Part shown: positions 25,100 to 37,110 of the stretch, one piece after another
How positions within the stretch are numbered: the stretch's first letter is position 1
Layout: every line of letters begins with the position of its first letter
NCBI RefSeq assembly: GCF_009834535.1
Contig: NC_045697.1
Coordinates: 30,196,001 to 30,260,000, forward strand
Direction: 5' to 3'
From: Camelus ferus
Lineage: Eukaryota
DNA: 64,000 nt
Notes under the pieces: model-generated
The model's database searches: none
Seen by the model: the letters and a program-made list of their open reading frames with translations, nothing else
What the model was told of the DNA's origin: nothing
Program-made: the position numbers and the translations under genes

Positions 25100-25325
25100 A
25101 GCTACCAGTTATTGAGCATCTTGCTTCCTGGCAATACGCTTTGAGTTTCAGCAAACTGTCTTATTTAATTCAATCCTCTTCACAGCCTCTTATGGTAGGA
25201 ACTGTCACCCCATTTTATACATGAGGTCAAGGCCTCATGAAGCAAAGCAACTTGTTCCAAGACACACAGCTAGCAAGTTGTGGGACAGGAGTCACAACCC
25301 TGTGACTCTAAATCCTGTCCTAAAT
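25100..25325 (-). mobile_element. MIR SINE
   Basis: ttattgagca...cccattttatacatgagg...caacttgttccaagacacacagctag. Confidence 0.8.
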
Positions 25326-26430
25326 ATCTCATCATTGTGCAAACACCAGCTCCAGCATGTAGCTGAACTGGGGGGAAATTTGCAAAAGACAAGGAACCAT
25401 CCCCACTGCAGCAAAATGGGTTTTTTGCTTTTTGTTCCCTTTTTTTGTTTGTTTTGTTTTGAAGTACAAAATGTTCTCTGACAATTAATTCTTCTAGCCA
25501 TCCCAATTTTACAGAATCATACAAAGAAACTTGGACAATTTAATCAAAATTGGCTTTTAAATAGTACAATGTACTTTTTTAATTAATCATTTTACAGACT
25601 GCTTCCAATGTTGGAGAAACTCTCCAAATAAACGGGATCTCCTCCTAGTCGGGAACTGCTCCCTGGAAGGAGAGACCATCTTATTCCCTTTGGGCTCCCC
25701 TGGGTAGCCCAAGCCCTGACACAAAGCAGGAGCTCAGCCAGCAGCCGGCTCATGATCCCGAGGGAAATGTTTGCTCAGTGCACCACGAAGCTTGGTGCTG
25801 GCTTTCTCCACTCTCCCCACCCTTCCATCTTTCAGAGACTGAGGCTGCTGGTCACCCGCCTCTCAGTACCACTGTCCTCCCAGAGGCTTGGTTCAAATTG
25901 AGCTGCTCTTCAAAACGCAGCTGCCTCTGCTGGGTCGCCACTGTTGCCACCATTTCCTGCTGGTGGTGAGTGATTTAAGCTTCCCTGAGGCCTTGTTTGA
26001 CCATTTCTTCAGCCCTACCTCTTCCTGCCGTGATCTCCCAATAGCACTGACTGAGGAAAAGTTGAGTAAAATCTAACCTCTCTTTTTACTACCAAGGCAA
26101 AGATTGGTCAATATGCAAAATCTCTGCAGAGCTCCTTTGGTTAGGTACATTTCGGGGAGTCCCAACTTGAACTTCTTTTGCCAGAAATTATAATTTGCAT
26201 AGACCTCACAGCTGTCCTTTTGACCCTTTGGTATAACTTCAATGCTATTTCAAGGTCCCTTAATTAGTCGCAATTATTGGACTGATTGCATGATTTTCCA
26301 CCCACATAAGGATTCTTAGTATCTCTAACTCTCATCTGGAAATCAAAGCATGTCTACTTTCTACCTAGAAATTATATTCATATTATTCCTTGTATTGTGA
26401 AGGTACTTTGTACTTTTCAAAACTGTTTTC

Positions 26431-26574
26431 CTTTTTATTTTTTTATTCATTTTATTTGAGGGGAAATGTAATTAGGTTTTTATTTATTTATCTTTAATAG
26501 AAGTACTGGGGATTGAACCCAGGACCTTGTGCATGCTAGGCATGCACTCTGCCACTGAGTTATACCCTCCTTCC
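26431..26574 (-). mobile_element. tRNA-Ala-derived SINE (Vic-1-like)
   Basis: Reverse head gtactggggattgaacccaggacc...ccactgagttataccc; TSD tcaaaactgttttc / tcaaaattgttttc (26417-26430, 26575-26588). Confidence 0.92.
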
Positions 26575-26614
26575 TCAAAATTGTTTTCTTATGCTGATCT
26601 CAATAATAAGGCAG

Positions 26615-26705
26615 ACAAAGACTGTAAGCTTCCCAAGGGCAGGGAGCACCTATGTCTTATTCATCACAGAGTAGGTACTTCAAATATGTTTGCTGAATGA
26701 GTGAT
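26615..26705 (+). mobile_element. L2 terminal fragment
   Basis: agactgtaagcttcccaagggcaggga...aatatgtttgctgaatga. Confidence 0.7.
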
Positions 26706-27009
26706 TCATCCTGGAGTAGAAGCCAGAAGTCTTAGTTCTAACGTGCTGGCTTAGGCTATAAACAAGAAATAGATTGCAAGCCACATACTATTTAAAACTT
26801 TCTAGTAGCCACATTTTTTTAAGTTAAAAAAAGAAATGTAAATAAATTTTAATAATATTTTAGTTAAATTAATATTTCCCAAATATTAGCTTCCTCTCAT
26901 ATAATCAATAGAAAAATTATTACTAAGATATTTACATCCTTCATACAAGTCTTTGTAATTCAGGGTCTGTTTTATAGAACAACACATCTCAATTTAGATT
27001 AACCACACT

Positions 27010-28233
27010 TTTAAAAAATAGACTTTATAGAGCAGTTTTAGGTTCATAGCAAAATCAAGTAGAAGTTCTGAAGATTTCTCATATAACTCTTGGTCCCCCA
27101 CCCACAGCCTCCCCTACTTTCATCATCCCACACCAGAGAGGTACATTTGCTAGAATCGATAAACCTACAATGACATGTCATTACCATCCAAAGTCCAGAG
27201 TTTCCACTGGGGTTCACTCTTGGTGTTGTACATTCTATGGGATTTTGACAAATACATAGTGACATGTATCCACCATGACGGTCTCATACAGAGTAGTTTC
27301 ACAACCTTCAAAATCCTCTGTGCTCTGCCTATTCATCCCTGCCTCCTTGCTAACCCCTAGAAACCACTGATCTATTTACTATCTCCATAGTTTTGCCTTT
27401 TCCAGAATATATGGTTGGAATCATACAGTATGGAACCTTTTCAGATTGGCTTTTTCACTTAGTAATATGCATTTAAGTTTCTTCCACGTCTTTTCATATC
27501 TTAGTAGCTCATTTCTTTTTAGCCCTGAATAATATTTCATTGTTTGGACATACCACACTTTATCCATTCACCTAATTAAGGGCATCTTGGTTGCTTCCAT
27601 GTTTGAGCAATTATGAATAAAGCTGCTATAAATGTTTGTACAGATTTTTTGGGTGCAAGCTTTCAACTCATTTGGGTGAATACCAAGAAGCACAATTGTA
27701 AGAAACTAACAAAACTGTATTCCTAAAGTATCTGTGCTATTGTTTTTCATTCCCACCAGCAATGAATGAGAGCTCCTGTTGCTCTACATCCTCATCAGAA
27801 TTTGGTGTCGTCAGTGTTTTGAATTTTAACCATTTTAAAGGCATGTAGTTGTATCTCATTGCTGTTTTAATTTGCAGTTACCTAATGACATATGATGTTA
27901 AACAACTTTTCATATGCTTATTTGTCTTCTGTATATCTTCTCTGGTGATGTGTCTGATCATGTCTTTTGCTCATTTTTTAATTGGGTTGTTTGTTTTATT
28001 ATTGTTGAGTTTTAAGAGTTCTCTGTATATTTTGAATAACAGTCCTTTTTCCAGATATGCCTCTTGTGGAGAAGGATACAGCTCAGTGGTAGAGCGCATG
28101 CTTAGCATGCATGAGGTCCTGGGTTCAATCTCCAGTACCTCCACTGGGAAAAAAAAAATCCTGTAAAATACACAGATAGGCCTTTTGCAAATATTTTCTC
28201 CTGGTCTGTGGCTTGTCTTCTCATTTTCTTGAT
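27010..28233 (-). mobile_element. L1 (L1MA/MB-like) 3' ~1.1 kb fragment
   Basis: agagcagttttaggttca, cttggttgcttcca, tcccaccagcaatgaatgagag, ttttgcaaatattttctc. Confidence 0.9.
28067..28172 (+). mobile_element. Short tRNA-Ala-derived SINE or tRNA retrocopy inside L1
   Basis: Head cagctcagtggtagagcgcatgcttagcatgcatgaggtcctgggttcaatc plus A tail; TSD cagatatgcctcttg / cagataggccttttg. Confidence 0.9.
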
Positions 28234-28649
28234 GGACTAGCCACATTTCCAGGACTCACTAGCATTCAATAATAATAGTACTCAATACTCCAAGTAGCTA
28301 CTGGACTGTATTGGACAGCACAGCTTTCAGTAGATTACCCTAGTGATGGGATGCAGTCACTTAATCTGAGATGGGACATCCAAGAGGAAACAGAAAGTTG
28401 GAGCTCAGAAGAGAGGTTCAGGCAGAATTTACAGACTTGAGAGCGATCAGCAATTCTACCCAGCCGATGTGTGTGAGAGTATGAGACCACTCAAGGAGAG
28501 AGTATTTTTGACTGTGAAGAGAATTAATTTCTGAATAAACCATCTAGCAAACATCTTCACTTGGGATGATGGGGAATAGTCTCACATTCAGAATATCCTC
28601 AACTCAATTCATTATTTCCCCCCTACCCCAAATCTTCTTACTCACTTAC

Positions 28650-29790
28650 AAACTTTCACAGGCTGGAAATCCAGAAGTCATCCTCAACTCTTCCCTCAGC
28701 CTCCTGTACCTCTCTATGGCCAACTCCTCCCGCTGATTCTATATCCTAAATTGTTCTTGCATCTGCCCCCTTTTGTCATCCCCATTTCATCATCTCTCAC
28801 CTGGACCACTGCCATAGTTCCCTAACTGGCCTCTCTGTCTCCAGTCAGGCCTCGCTCCAATATACTCTGCACACTGATGTAACAGTGATCATTTAAAAGG
28901 TAAATCTGATCATGTCACTCCTGACTTAAATCCTTCAATGATTCCCCATTACATTCATAATAAAGTCTAACTTCAACAAGGCAGACAAGGCTTTCATGCT
29001 TACTCTCCAGCTGTGTGCACGTGCACCTGGGCTCCAACAACAGCAGTGCTTACCAAGTCCCCAGTTGTTCTCTCTCACCCTCTTGTTGTTCTCACCTCTT
29101 TGCCTTTGTACATGTGCTCTGCATTGAATGTCTGTGACCCCCTCAAATTCTTATGCTGAAGCCCTACTCCTCAATGTCATAATATTTGGAGGTGAGACCT
29201 TTGGGAGGGGATTAGACTTGGATGCGGCATGAGGGTAGAGGACCCAGGATGGGATTAGTGCCATTATAAGAAGACGTAAAGACCGGAGATATCTCTCTCT
29301 CTCCACCATGTGAGGATGTAACAAGAAGGTGGCCATGTGCAAACCAGGAAGACGCTGAGTCTGCTGGCAGCTTCATCTTGGGCTTCCCAGCCTCCAGAAC
29401 CACGAGAAATAAATGTTTGCTGTTTAGGCTATCCGGTCTACGACGTTTGTTATGGCAGCCCAAATTGACTAAAACGTGTTTCCCTCTGCCTTCGCTCCAC
29501 ACCCCCTCTCTCTACCCTCCTTCCCTACCTGGGTAACAGCCTTTTCCTTTAAGACTCAGCACAGTGTCTCCTGTTGCAAGTGTCTGTCTCTGTTTTCCTG
29601 TTCTAAGCTAGGCATGCCGCCTCTCCTCTCTCACATCACTGTGTACATGCCTTCCATATTATTGGTAAGTGCTGTATAGCCATCTGTCTTGCCACCTAGA
29701 TGGTGAACTCCCTGAGGTCATCTCTGTATCCTCAGAACTTTGCCCAGTGTTTGGTAGAAAGTACCTGATACATTTTAGGAAATAAAGAGC
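28650..29790 (+). mobile_element. L2 LINE, interrupted by MLT1A
   Basis: catcatctctcacctggaccactgc...aaatctgatcatgtcactcctgacttaaa. Confidence 0.8.
29115..29476 (+). mobile_element. MaLR solo LTR (MLT1A-like)
   Basis: tgaatgtctgtgaccccctcaaattc...cttcccagcctccagaacc...aataaatgtttgctgttta. Confidence 0.88.
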
Positions 29791-30753
29791 AGCAGAAGTG
29801 CCAGCCCAGTACCCTGAGAAGGATTAGGCAAGGCTATCTCATAATCTTACCCACAGAATGTCTTCAGGGTTAAACTGTTGGGGGGAAGGAGGAAGTAGCC
29901 CAAGAAGTATTGGAGGAAAGAAATATTCAAGGCTAAGTGGTAATGGTTAGAATTCTTTATGGCTTTATTATGACTTAATGACCATATTAGAAAGATCATA
30001 GTTAAGGAATTAACATCCACCATCAAACAAACCCTGTAGAATTCCTTGCTCATTCCTGTGTACATTTCCACATCCTGTTGTCCCTTCATCTGCCTTTCCA
30101 GAATGGACTCCCACAGACTTCTAGTGGGTCTTCTGCCTCGCTTGGTCAACCTCGGATTTTGATGTAGGGCAGGCCTTCATTGAACTCTTGAGTCCGCAAT
30201 AAATTCCCTCCCTGAGGTGTCAGAGATAGAATGTCTTATTTTGGTGGGAGCCTAGAGAATTCTCTAGAATCAAGGGAAGTCTTCCTGTGGAGAATTTCTC
30301 TCATCCACCCTGGGCAGCAGGGTAAGAGAATCAAAACAAATATTTTGGACTGACTGAGTAGAGATCTGGCTTTCAGCCAGCATCAGAGGAAATTCAAGAA
30401 GGAAATTATGGGGTTGAAATGAGCAGACAGGAATCTCTCTGATGTGGTTGCATGTCACACAGGACTTCCTGGTTGTCACCAGGTAATGACCTCTGCCCAG
30501 GGAAGCCTTCCTCTCTCTGCAGCTTCCTGACACCCACCTCCCTCCCGCATGGCCTTACCAGTATCAGCAATGGTTCCTGGGTTCACTGTCTGCTGCTCTC
30601 CAGGAAAGGAATCTTGCTCTATTTGGAGGGGAAGCAAAGTATTGAGAACTTGGGCACTGGCGTCAGACAGAACTGAGTTTGAATCCTGGTTCTGCCAGTT
30701 ACTAACTAGGATCTTAGGCAAAATATTTGAGCTTCGTGCACCTCAGTTTCCTC

Positions 30754-31173
30754 GTGTAAGTTTCCCAAGGCTATAGTAACACATCACCACAAACTTGGTG
30801 GCTTCAAATAACAAACATTCAGTCTCTCACAATTCTGGAGGGTAGAAGCTGGAAATCAGTGTCCGTGGACTAAAATCAAGGTGTCGGCAGGGCTGCACTC
30901 CCTCTGGAGGCTCCACGGGAGAATTTTCTTGCCTCTTCCAGCTTCCGGTGGCTGCGGGCATTCCTTGTCCTGTTGACTTGTGATCACATCACTCCAGTCT
31001 CTGCCATGGCGGTCACACTGTCTTCTGTGCATATCAGATCTCCCTCCACCTCATCACATGAATAATACCTGAGGACAAATATGATGGCACGTGGGGCCCA
31101 ACCAATAATCCAGGATAATCTCCCATCTCAATATCTTTAACTTAATCACAACTGCAAAGACCCTTCTCCGTAC
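30754..31173 (-). mobile_element. MaLR LTR (MLT1C-like)
   Basis: accacaaacttggtggctt...aaatcaaggtgtcggcagggc...ataatccaggataatctccc. Confidence 0.88.
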
Positions 31174-31204
31174 ATTCCTCAACTGTTGAAATGTGAATGC
31201 TAAT

Positions 31205-31710
31205 TGTTTTTGTTTGATTTCCCCTCCTAGAAATCAAGACGAGACCAAGGACTTAGGCAAGTAGTATTTTGGGGAAAGAGATCTCAGGGAACAAGACGGG
31301 GAACCAGGAAGAGTGAAACAGGCAGGGGGGATAATCAGTGTAAGCACACACAGTATTGAGCTGGCCCCTGCGGCGGCTGGGGCTCCATCCTGCTGGGACC
31401 CTCTGAGGAACTGTGTAGACCTCAGAACTGTCCTCTTGACAGAAGAGGGAGCACTTACCCACCATCACCTATCTCCCACTAACTCCCTCACACGCCCATC
31501 TCTGAGCTCCCATTAGAATGGCTGAGCAGTTCCAAACCGGGAGTTCTTGGTGGCAGCAGAGAAACCCCAGGGCAGAAAGTGAGAGGCAAGCAGTGAAGCT
31601 GAAACAAGGTACTGCTGGGTTATACCTGTAGGAAACTGGTTGTCATGGCAACAGCTGGGCCAAAAAGATGAGTCAAGAAGATACGAGCTGAGACATACAA
31701 TGGTCCTGTA
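31205..31710 (-). mobile_element. ERVL solo LTR (LTR33-like)
   Basis: gagaccaaggacttaggcaagtagt...tcctgctgggaccctctgaggaactgtgtaga. Confidence 0.7.
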
Positions 31711-31897
31711 TATTTTAGGTTGTTAGAAGGATTAAACACAGCAACGCATGTATCTAACACATAAACACAAAAAAACCACTAGCAACTTTTCTGGTTGCTG
31801 TTATTACTAATATCTGTTCTTACATCACTTGCCTACCATGGTGCCTACCTAGCACATGGGCAACTCTCAATAAATCTTTGCTGGCTGGCTATATGGA

Positions 31898-31980
31898 TAG
31901 AAGGAAGGGAGGAAAGGAGGGAGGGAGGAAGGAAGAGAGGGAGGAAGGAAGGGAGGAAGAGAGGAAGGAAGGAAGGAAGG
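31898..31980. repeat. Degenerate (GGAA)n purine repeat at an L2 tail
   Basis: Read directly. Confidence 0.9.
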
Positions 31981-32479
31981 ACAAACATACCAATTCATGC
32001 CTTGAAAAAATACTTTTATATTTTCTCAGAAGAAAAAAAACATAAGTTTCTCTCTGATTAATAAATCAAGTAGTCTGATGTAGGTGGTTTTGAGGCACCA
32101 AGTGAATATGAAAAAACACGGGGCTAGCACCCAAGATTAATGCTCTTTTACCCTAACTTGTTAATTTTTTTTTCTTTCACTACAACCAAAGTTAAAAGAG
32201 ACTTCTTCAATTCACTTAGAGTTTTCATTGCCCTGGGCAGTTTTGAGATTCAGATCTCAGCTATTTGACTCTGGCTTGAGTAAATTAGAGCCCTCATGAT
32301 GTATTGTGCTGGAAGGGACTTAACCTTCAATGTGTAGTGAAATATTCTCTCAAGACCCATGTGAACGCTATGCTTGCCTTAATTCTGAGATATAGGATTA
32401 CAGGTGAGCAAGTTTCCAACAGTCTTTTGGAAGAGAATATACACTTCCTTATGTCACCATCATCATCCTAAACAAACTC

Positions 32480-33410
32480 TTCGTGCTTCACTGGATGCTT
32501 ACTGGGAAGCACCCCCTGTATTAGATGCTAAGAATAAAAGATTCACATTCCTGCCCTCCAAGAATCTATATTCTATTTAGGGAGATAGTCTAGTTACATA
32601 AAAATAAATAATGTTGCTAGGCAATTTATCATGAAAGCTTATTGAATACTCCTGACAAAACTAAAGTTTAGGGCTGCGGGAAGTACTCACAAGTTAATAT
32701 AGCTCATCAGAACCTCCAGAAGGAAACAGAACAAGCTTGGGCTTTGAAGGGAGTTTGGGACCTGGATACTTTGGAAGGGGGCAGGGGGAGGTGATTCCAG
32801 ACAAGAGGAGCCATGTTAGATAAGAGTTTATGACTTCTTAGGGGAACTCAGAGCAGGAACTTTTAGGCAGGTGAGCCTGCAAACAGTGGGGGAAAGGGTA
32901 AGTACAGGTGCTCTCCCATTCCTCACAGCTCCAGGGAGAAACGCTGCTCCCCAGAGCCACTGGCCCTGCTCCTGTGGAGCTAAGAGTCTAGTGATGTAGA
33001 CAATTGCTAATTAAATAATCATCCCAATAAATGCAAAATCACAAGTGTGATGAATGCAGAGAGTTTCAAGATGTATAATACAGGGATTACCTAGTCAGAG
33101 AGGTCAGGGGAGACGTGAGGAAGGGACCCTTGAGCTGAGATCTGAAGGGCAGCAGGATGAGTTAGCATCAACCGAGTGAAAACACACAGCAGGGTCATCC
33201 CAGACAGAGGGAACAGCCTGTACAATGATCTTGTGCTGGAAGAGCCTGCTGTTCATTGGAGGAACAAAGAGCAGGCCAGTGAGACTGGGGCAGAGACACC
33301 AAGGGGAGCAGAGAGCAGGATGAGGTTGGAGAGGCAGACGTGGCCTTGAGGTCCATAACCTGGATTTTGGCCTTTAGCCTAAGAGTGATAGGAAGCCATC
33401 GGAGACCCAA
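32480..33410 (-). mobile_element. L2 fragments
   Basis: cctgccctccaagaatctatattcta, ttgagctgagatctgaag, cccagacagagggaacagc. Confidence 0.75.
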
Positions 33411-33544
33411 GTAATGTTGTTCCTGTAGAGCAACAGTGTTGGCCAGCAGACTGGAGTGGAGTTAGTACAAGTTTTGCTAGTGTTATCAAGCTCATGTATC
33501 GGGCTTCGTGATAGTGCAATACAAAGGTTTTTCCAAATGACTTA

Positions 33545-33972
33545 GGCACTAACACTTCGGTGCTGTAACAGAGACCCAGAGTAACAGTGACTTCAGTTTA
33601 TGACCTTCTCTAGAGTGAGCATGATGGCTCCACAAGTCAGGGATCAGGTCCCTTCTGTTAAGTTTTTCTCATCCCCATGGTCCAAGATGGCCCATCACCA
33701 CCATGTTGGCACACCAGCCAGCAGGGAAGGAGAAAACTGGGCATAGAAGGAGATGATCGTGCTTTTTCAGGGCATAACCTAGAAATTGCACACCCTATTT
33801 CAGGCCACATCCCATGGACCAAATTTACTTTCTTGGCTTCTCCTAGCTACAAGGGAAGCTGGGAAACCTGGTTTATCTCCTAAGTACCCTGCACCTGTAG
33901 CTAAAAATTTTACCACTTCTCCCATGGAGGGGAGAATGAATATTGGTGGAAAGTTGGCAGTCTCTGCCACAG
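33545..33972 (-). mobile_element. MaLR solo LTR (old MLT1, J/K-like)
   Basis: gctgtaacagagaccc...cctagctacaagggaagctgggaaa...gcagtctctgccaca. Confidence 0.75.
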
Positions 33973-34119
33973 GGGCCTTAACTACCTAGGACCAGACCAA
34001 CAAATGCAGATATATATTCATTCAACGAGCATCTACTGTATGCCATGCACTGTGCCGGGGGGCAGAGGTTATAAAGATGAATGAGATACACTAGCTCCCT
34101 CAGGTAGCTTACAGTCTAG

Positions 34120-34460
34120 GGCAGTGGAATGCAAATTCAGCTTCAGGTCAGAGTCACTGGGGAGGCACTAAACCTCTCAGCCCTCAGGTCTCACCTCTTC
34201 CCAATTAAATCAGAATCTCTGAGGATGAAGCCCAATTGTTGATGTGTCTTAAAACTCCTCAGTGGTAGAGCGCATGGCTAGCATGCATGAGGTCCGGGGT
34301 TGAATTCCCCAGCACTTCCACTAAAAAATAAATAAATAAATAAACTGAATTACCTCCCCACCCCACCCCCCAAAAAAAGAAAGGAATAAACTTTAAAAAA
34401 AAAAAAAAACCTTCCCAGGGCCTTCCAATGTGCTCCTGCCAAGGTTGAGAAATACTAGTT
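34120..34460. mobile_element. MER5-family hAT element containing a SINE
   Basis: aattaaatcagaatctctgagg...gccaaggttgagaaatact. Confidence 0.65.
34258..34409 (+). mobile_element. 5'-clipped tRNA-Ala-derived SINE (Vic-1-like)
   Basis: ctcagtggtagagcgcatggctagcatgcatgaggtcc, then aattacctcccc and poly-A. Confidence 0.9.
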
Positions 34461-36934
34461 TAGTGGAAGAAAGAGATGGCTTAGCAGTTAGCTCCAACAC
34501 AAGGCGTTAGGTGCTTTAAAAGAGAAAGTTACAAACCTCTGTGGGAACACGGGGGATCTTGCAGCTCCTTAAATAGACGAGGGTCATCAGAACTGCACAA
34601 AGGAGGTGACACGTGAGCAGAGTCCTAGCAGAACAGTTTGCCTGGGAAGCGCAGTTGGGAGGGCAGTCCAGGGAGAGCAAGGCGTATGGACAAAAGGCAA
34701 GGATCCAGGAGCCATGTTTGGGATTCTAAAATCAGTAGAGATCTCGTCCCTAAATGATTCTAGGCTCTAACACATGCAGCCATAGATTAGGGTTCTGCTC
34801 GTAGGACCTGAAAGCAACTTCCGGTCTGCAAGTGACTATATATTTAACATTTTGTACTTGTTTTCCTCCTACTGCCTATAAACCCTTGGCCGTGTCGGTT
34901 CCTGGAGGTACCTTGAGTGGGGATGACAAGGTGGAATGTGTTTTGAAGGGCACTGCACAGCAAGGGCACTAACCAAATGGAATGAATGCCAAGGAGATCC
35001 GCGGCTGCGTCCAGCTTTAAACATTTGGTTGCTGAAACATGGAAGAGTGGGGTGGGGAGTCCTAAGGTTTGGGCTGGGAAGGCCAGGTTAGCAGAGATGC
35101 ACTCTAAGGGCACAGATATTTTAGCAAAGGATATGACTGTGCAGTTGCACATGGCATTATGTGAGCCCTGGGCAAGGTGCCCCACAGAGCATCAGAAAGC
35201 CAGTTGTATGCAGGACGTGTGACGCTGAAGGGAATGGGGCCGCCAGAAGAGAGGAGATACGGCAAAGAGCAGGGGTGGCAAGATGGAACACTGAGGCATT
35301 AGTGGAATGGGGGGAGGAATCCAGAAGAACGCATGTAGGGCAAGAGGAATGGAAGAAAGAAAGACACTGAGGAAGTCAGGGAGCAAGATGGAGGCTTAGG
35401 AAAGGCTGGAACCTGAATCTCCTGGCGTCAAATCATTTGAAGATGTTTCTCTGCAGCCCCTTCTGTCCTTTGCAGTCTTCGACCCAGGCTGAGGTTTTGC
35501 AAAATGACAAGAACCAGATTTCCGGTATGACCAGAGATTTCTAGCTCAATCCCTGATTATTCAGAGGGGAGAGAGGCAAAGCAAGGAATGTGCCAAACAC
35601 GGCTGTCACCCATGAATGCTCACAGCTGGCCCAGGAGAGGAAGGTCCAGGAAAGAGCTCCTTATGTCAGGCTTGGCTGTGGCCCCTGATCCAAAATGAGA
35701 AGTGGACAAAAGGAGGCCATTGTGCATCCAATCAACTCTCAATTATCCAGGGGCAGAGTCTCCACTCTGTGGGTCCCCCCTGCTCCCTTTGAGTTCCCTC
35801 CAGCTGTCTGCCCTTTGACCGTTTTCCTGCCCATCAGAGCCACAGTCAGAGGGCGGGCAGGTGGAGGAAGGGCGAGGAAGTAAAATTCAGATCAGTCATG
35901 TTATAGCTGTTCCTCAGACGCTCTTGCTAAAGGGGAGGAATCATTGGTTAAACCAACATTCAGTTTATTTGGGGTTTTAATTTATCAAGGCTCTGTCTCA
36001 TCCTTCATTAGCATGGATAATTGGTAATTGGTTAAGTGATATTTATTCAATCTGTGGCGCCTCTGCTATTGTATCTGCCTTGTTTCATTTAAAAAATCGT
36101 CTGCATTAGTAAAAGCTATATTGAAATGATTTTCTTAATGCACTTAGAGCTCAGCTATTTTAGCATAAAACCTACATCTGCATTCCCTTTTGAGGGAGGG
36201 GGAGAGTTTGGAAGTGGTTGGAGTAACCACAGATATGGGGGGGGGGTTCACATCCATTGGAAAATTTGAGTAAATGCTTGAAAGTTACATGTAATCAAAT
36301 ATAAGCAATCCAAATCTGAAACAGGTTTGTGTGGGTGTTTTAAAAACTCTCCCCCGAGGTTTTTATATGGTCAATGTGAAGGCAGAGAGTAGATTTCTGA
36401 TTCCTCTCCTATTCTGCTCCCTCACTTTGGACATCTGAGTTTACTCACCTGCCTAAAACAAAGGTGACTCTTTTCCTTACTGGAGTTTTCAAAGTTGAAC
36501 TAACTTATGTCTGTACAGAGAAAAATCATTAAGTTTGGAGGCACCATTCAGGTTTACAGTAGCACTTAAAATGAAATCTTATAACTTAGGAGAATTAGGG
36601 GCAGGGTATGTGACCCAATTTCATTACTAGAGCAGAATTTACAGTCAACAATTAGAAACAAAATTTCCACTGTGGGTTTTATTATGGATATTCCATAATC
36701 ATTTTGAATTGTTCAGAGTCATATGTGTTTTTAAAGGAGTAGGACCAGCTGCCATTATCCACAAAAGAGCTAGGCTGTGATGTGGACAGATTACGTACTC
36801 AAGCTTCAGGTTTGGGGTAGAGTAGCCTGGGTGTGAACAGGGCTGAGGAGCTGCTTAAGAACACAAATCTGCCATCCAAGGGGCAGGGTGGTTTCTTGTA
36901 GGGGCCTTCATCTGCTCCAAGAAGCTCCGTGCTT

Positions 36935-37110
36935 GACACCTAACTTTGCCACTCACTTGCCAGCTGTTAATAACCATCCCTAAGCCCCAGTTTCATCACC
37001 TAACAAAGGGGAGCGATAGTGGCTCCTATCTCCCAGTATTGGGGGAAGGATTAAATGCATGAGAGTGGTTGGCATGTTGCCTGCCACATAATAAGTGCTT
37101 AATAAACACT
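36935..37110 (+). mobile_element. MIR SINE
   Basis: ccccagtttcatcacct...ggattaaatg...cacataataagtgcttaataaa. Confidence 0.75.

Larger units (their letters stand above)
26770..28325. mobile_element. MER33 hAT-Charlie element split by an L1 insertion
   Basis: tttctagtagccacatt...cacatctcaattt [L1] ggactagccacatttc...gtattggacagcacag. Confidence 0.8.
30635..31800 (+). mobile_element. MIR SINE split into three pieces by two LTR insertions
   Basis: tgagtttgaatcctggttctgcca...cctcagtttcctc | ttcctcaactgttgaaatg | ggttgttagaaggattaaa. Confidence 0.7.
34015..34730 (-). mobile_element. L2 3' end, interrupted by MER5 and a SINE
   Basis: attcattcaacgagcatctactgtatgcca...gcttacagtctag. Confidence 0.7.
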
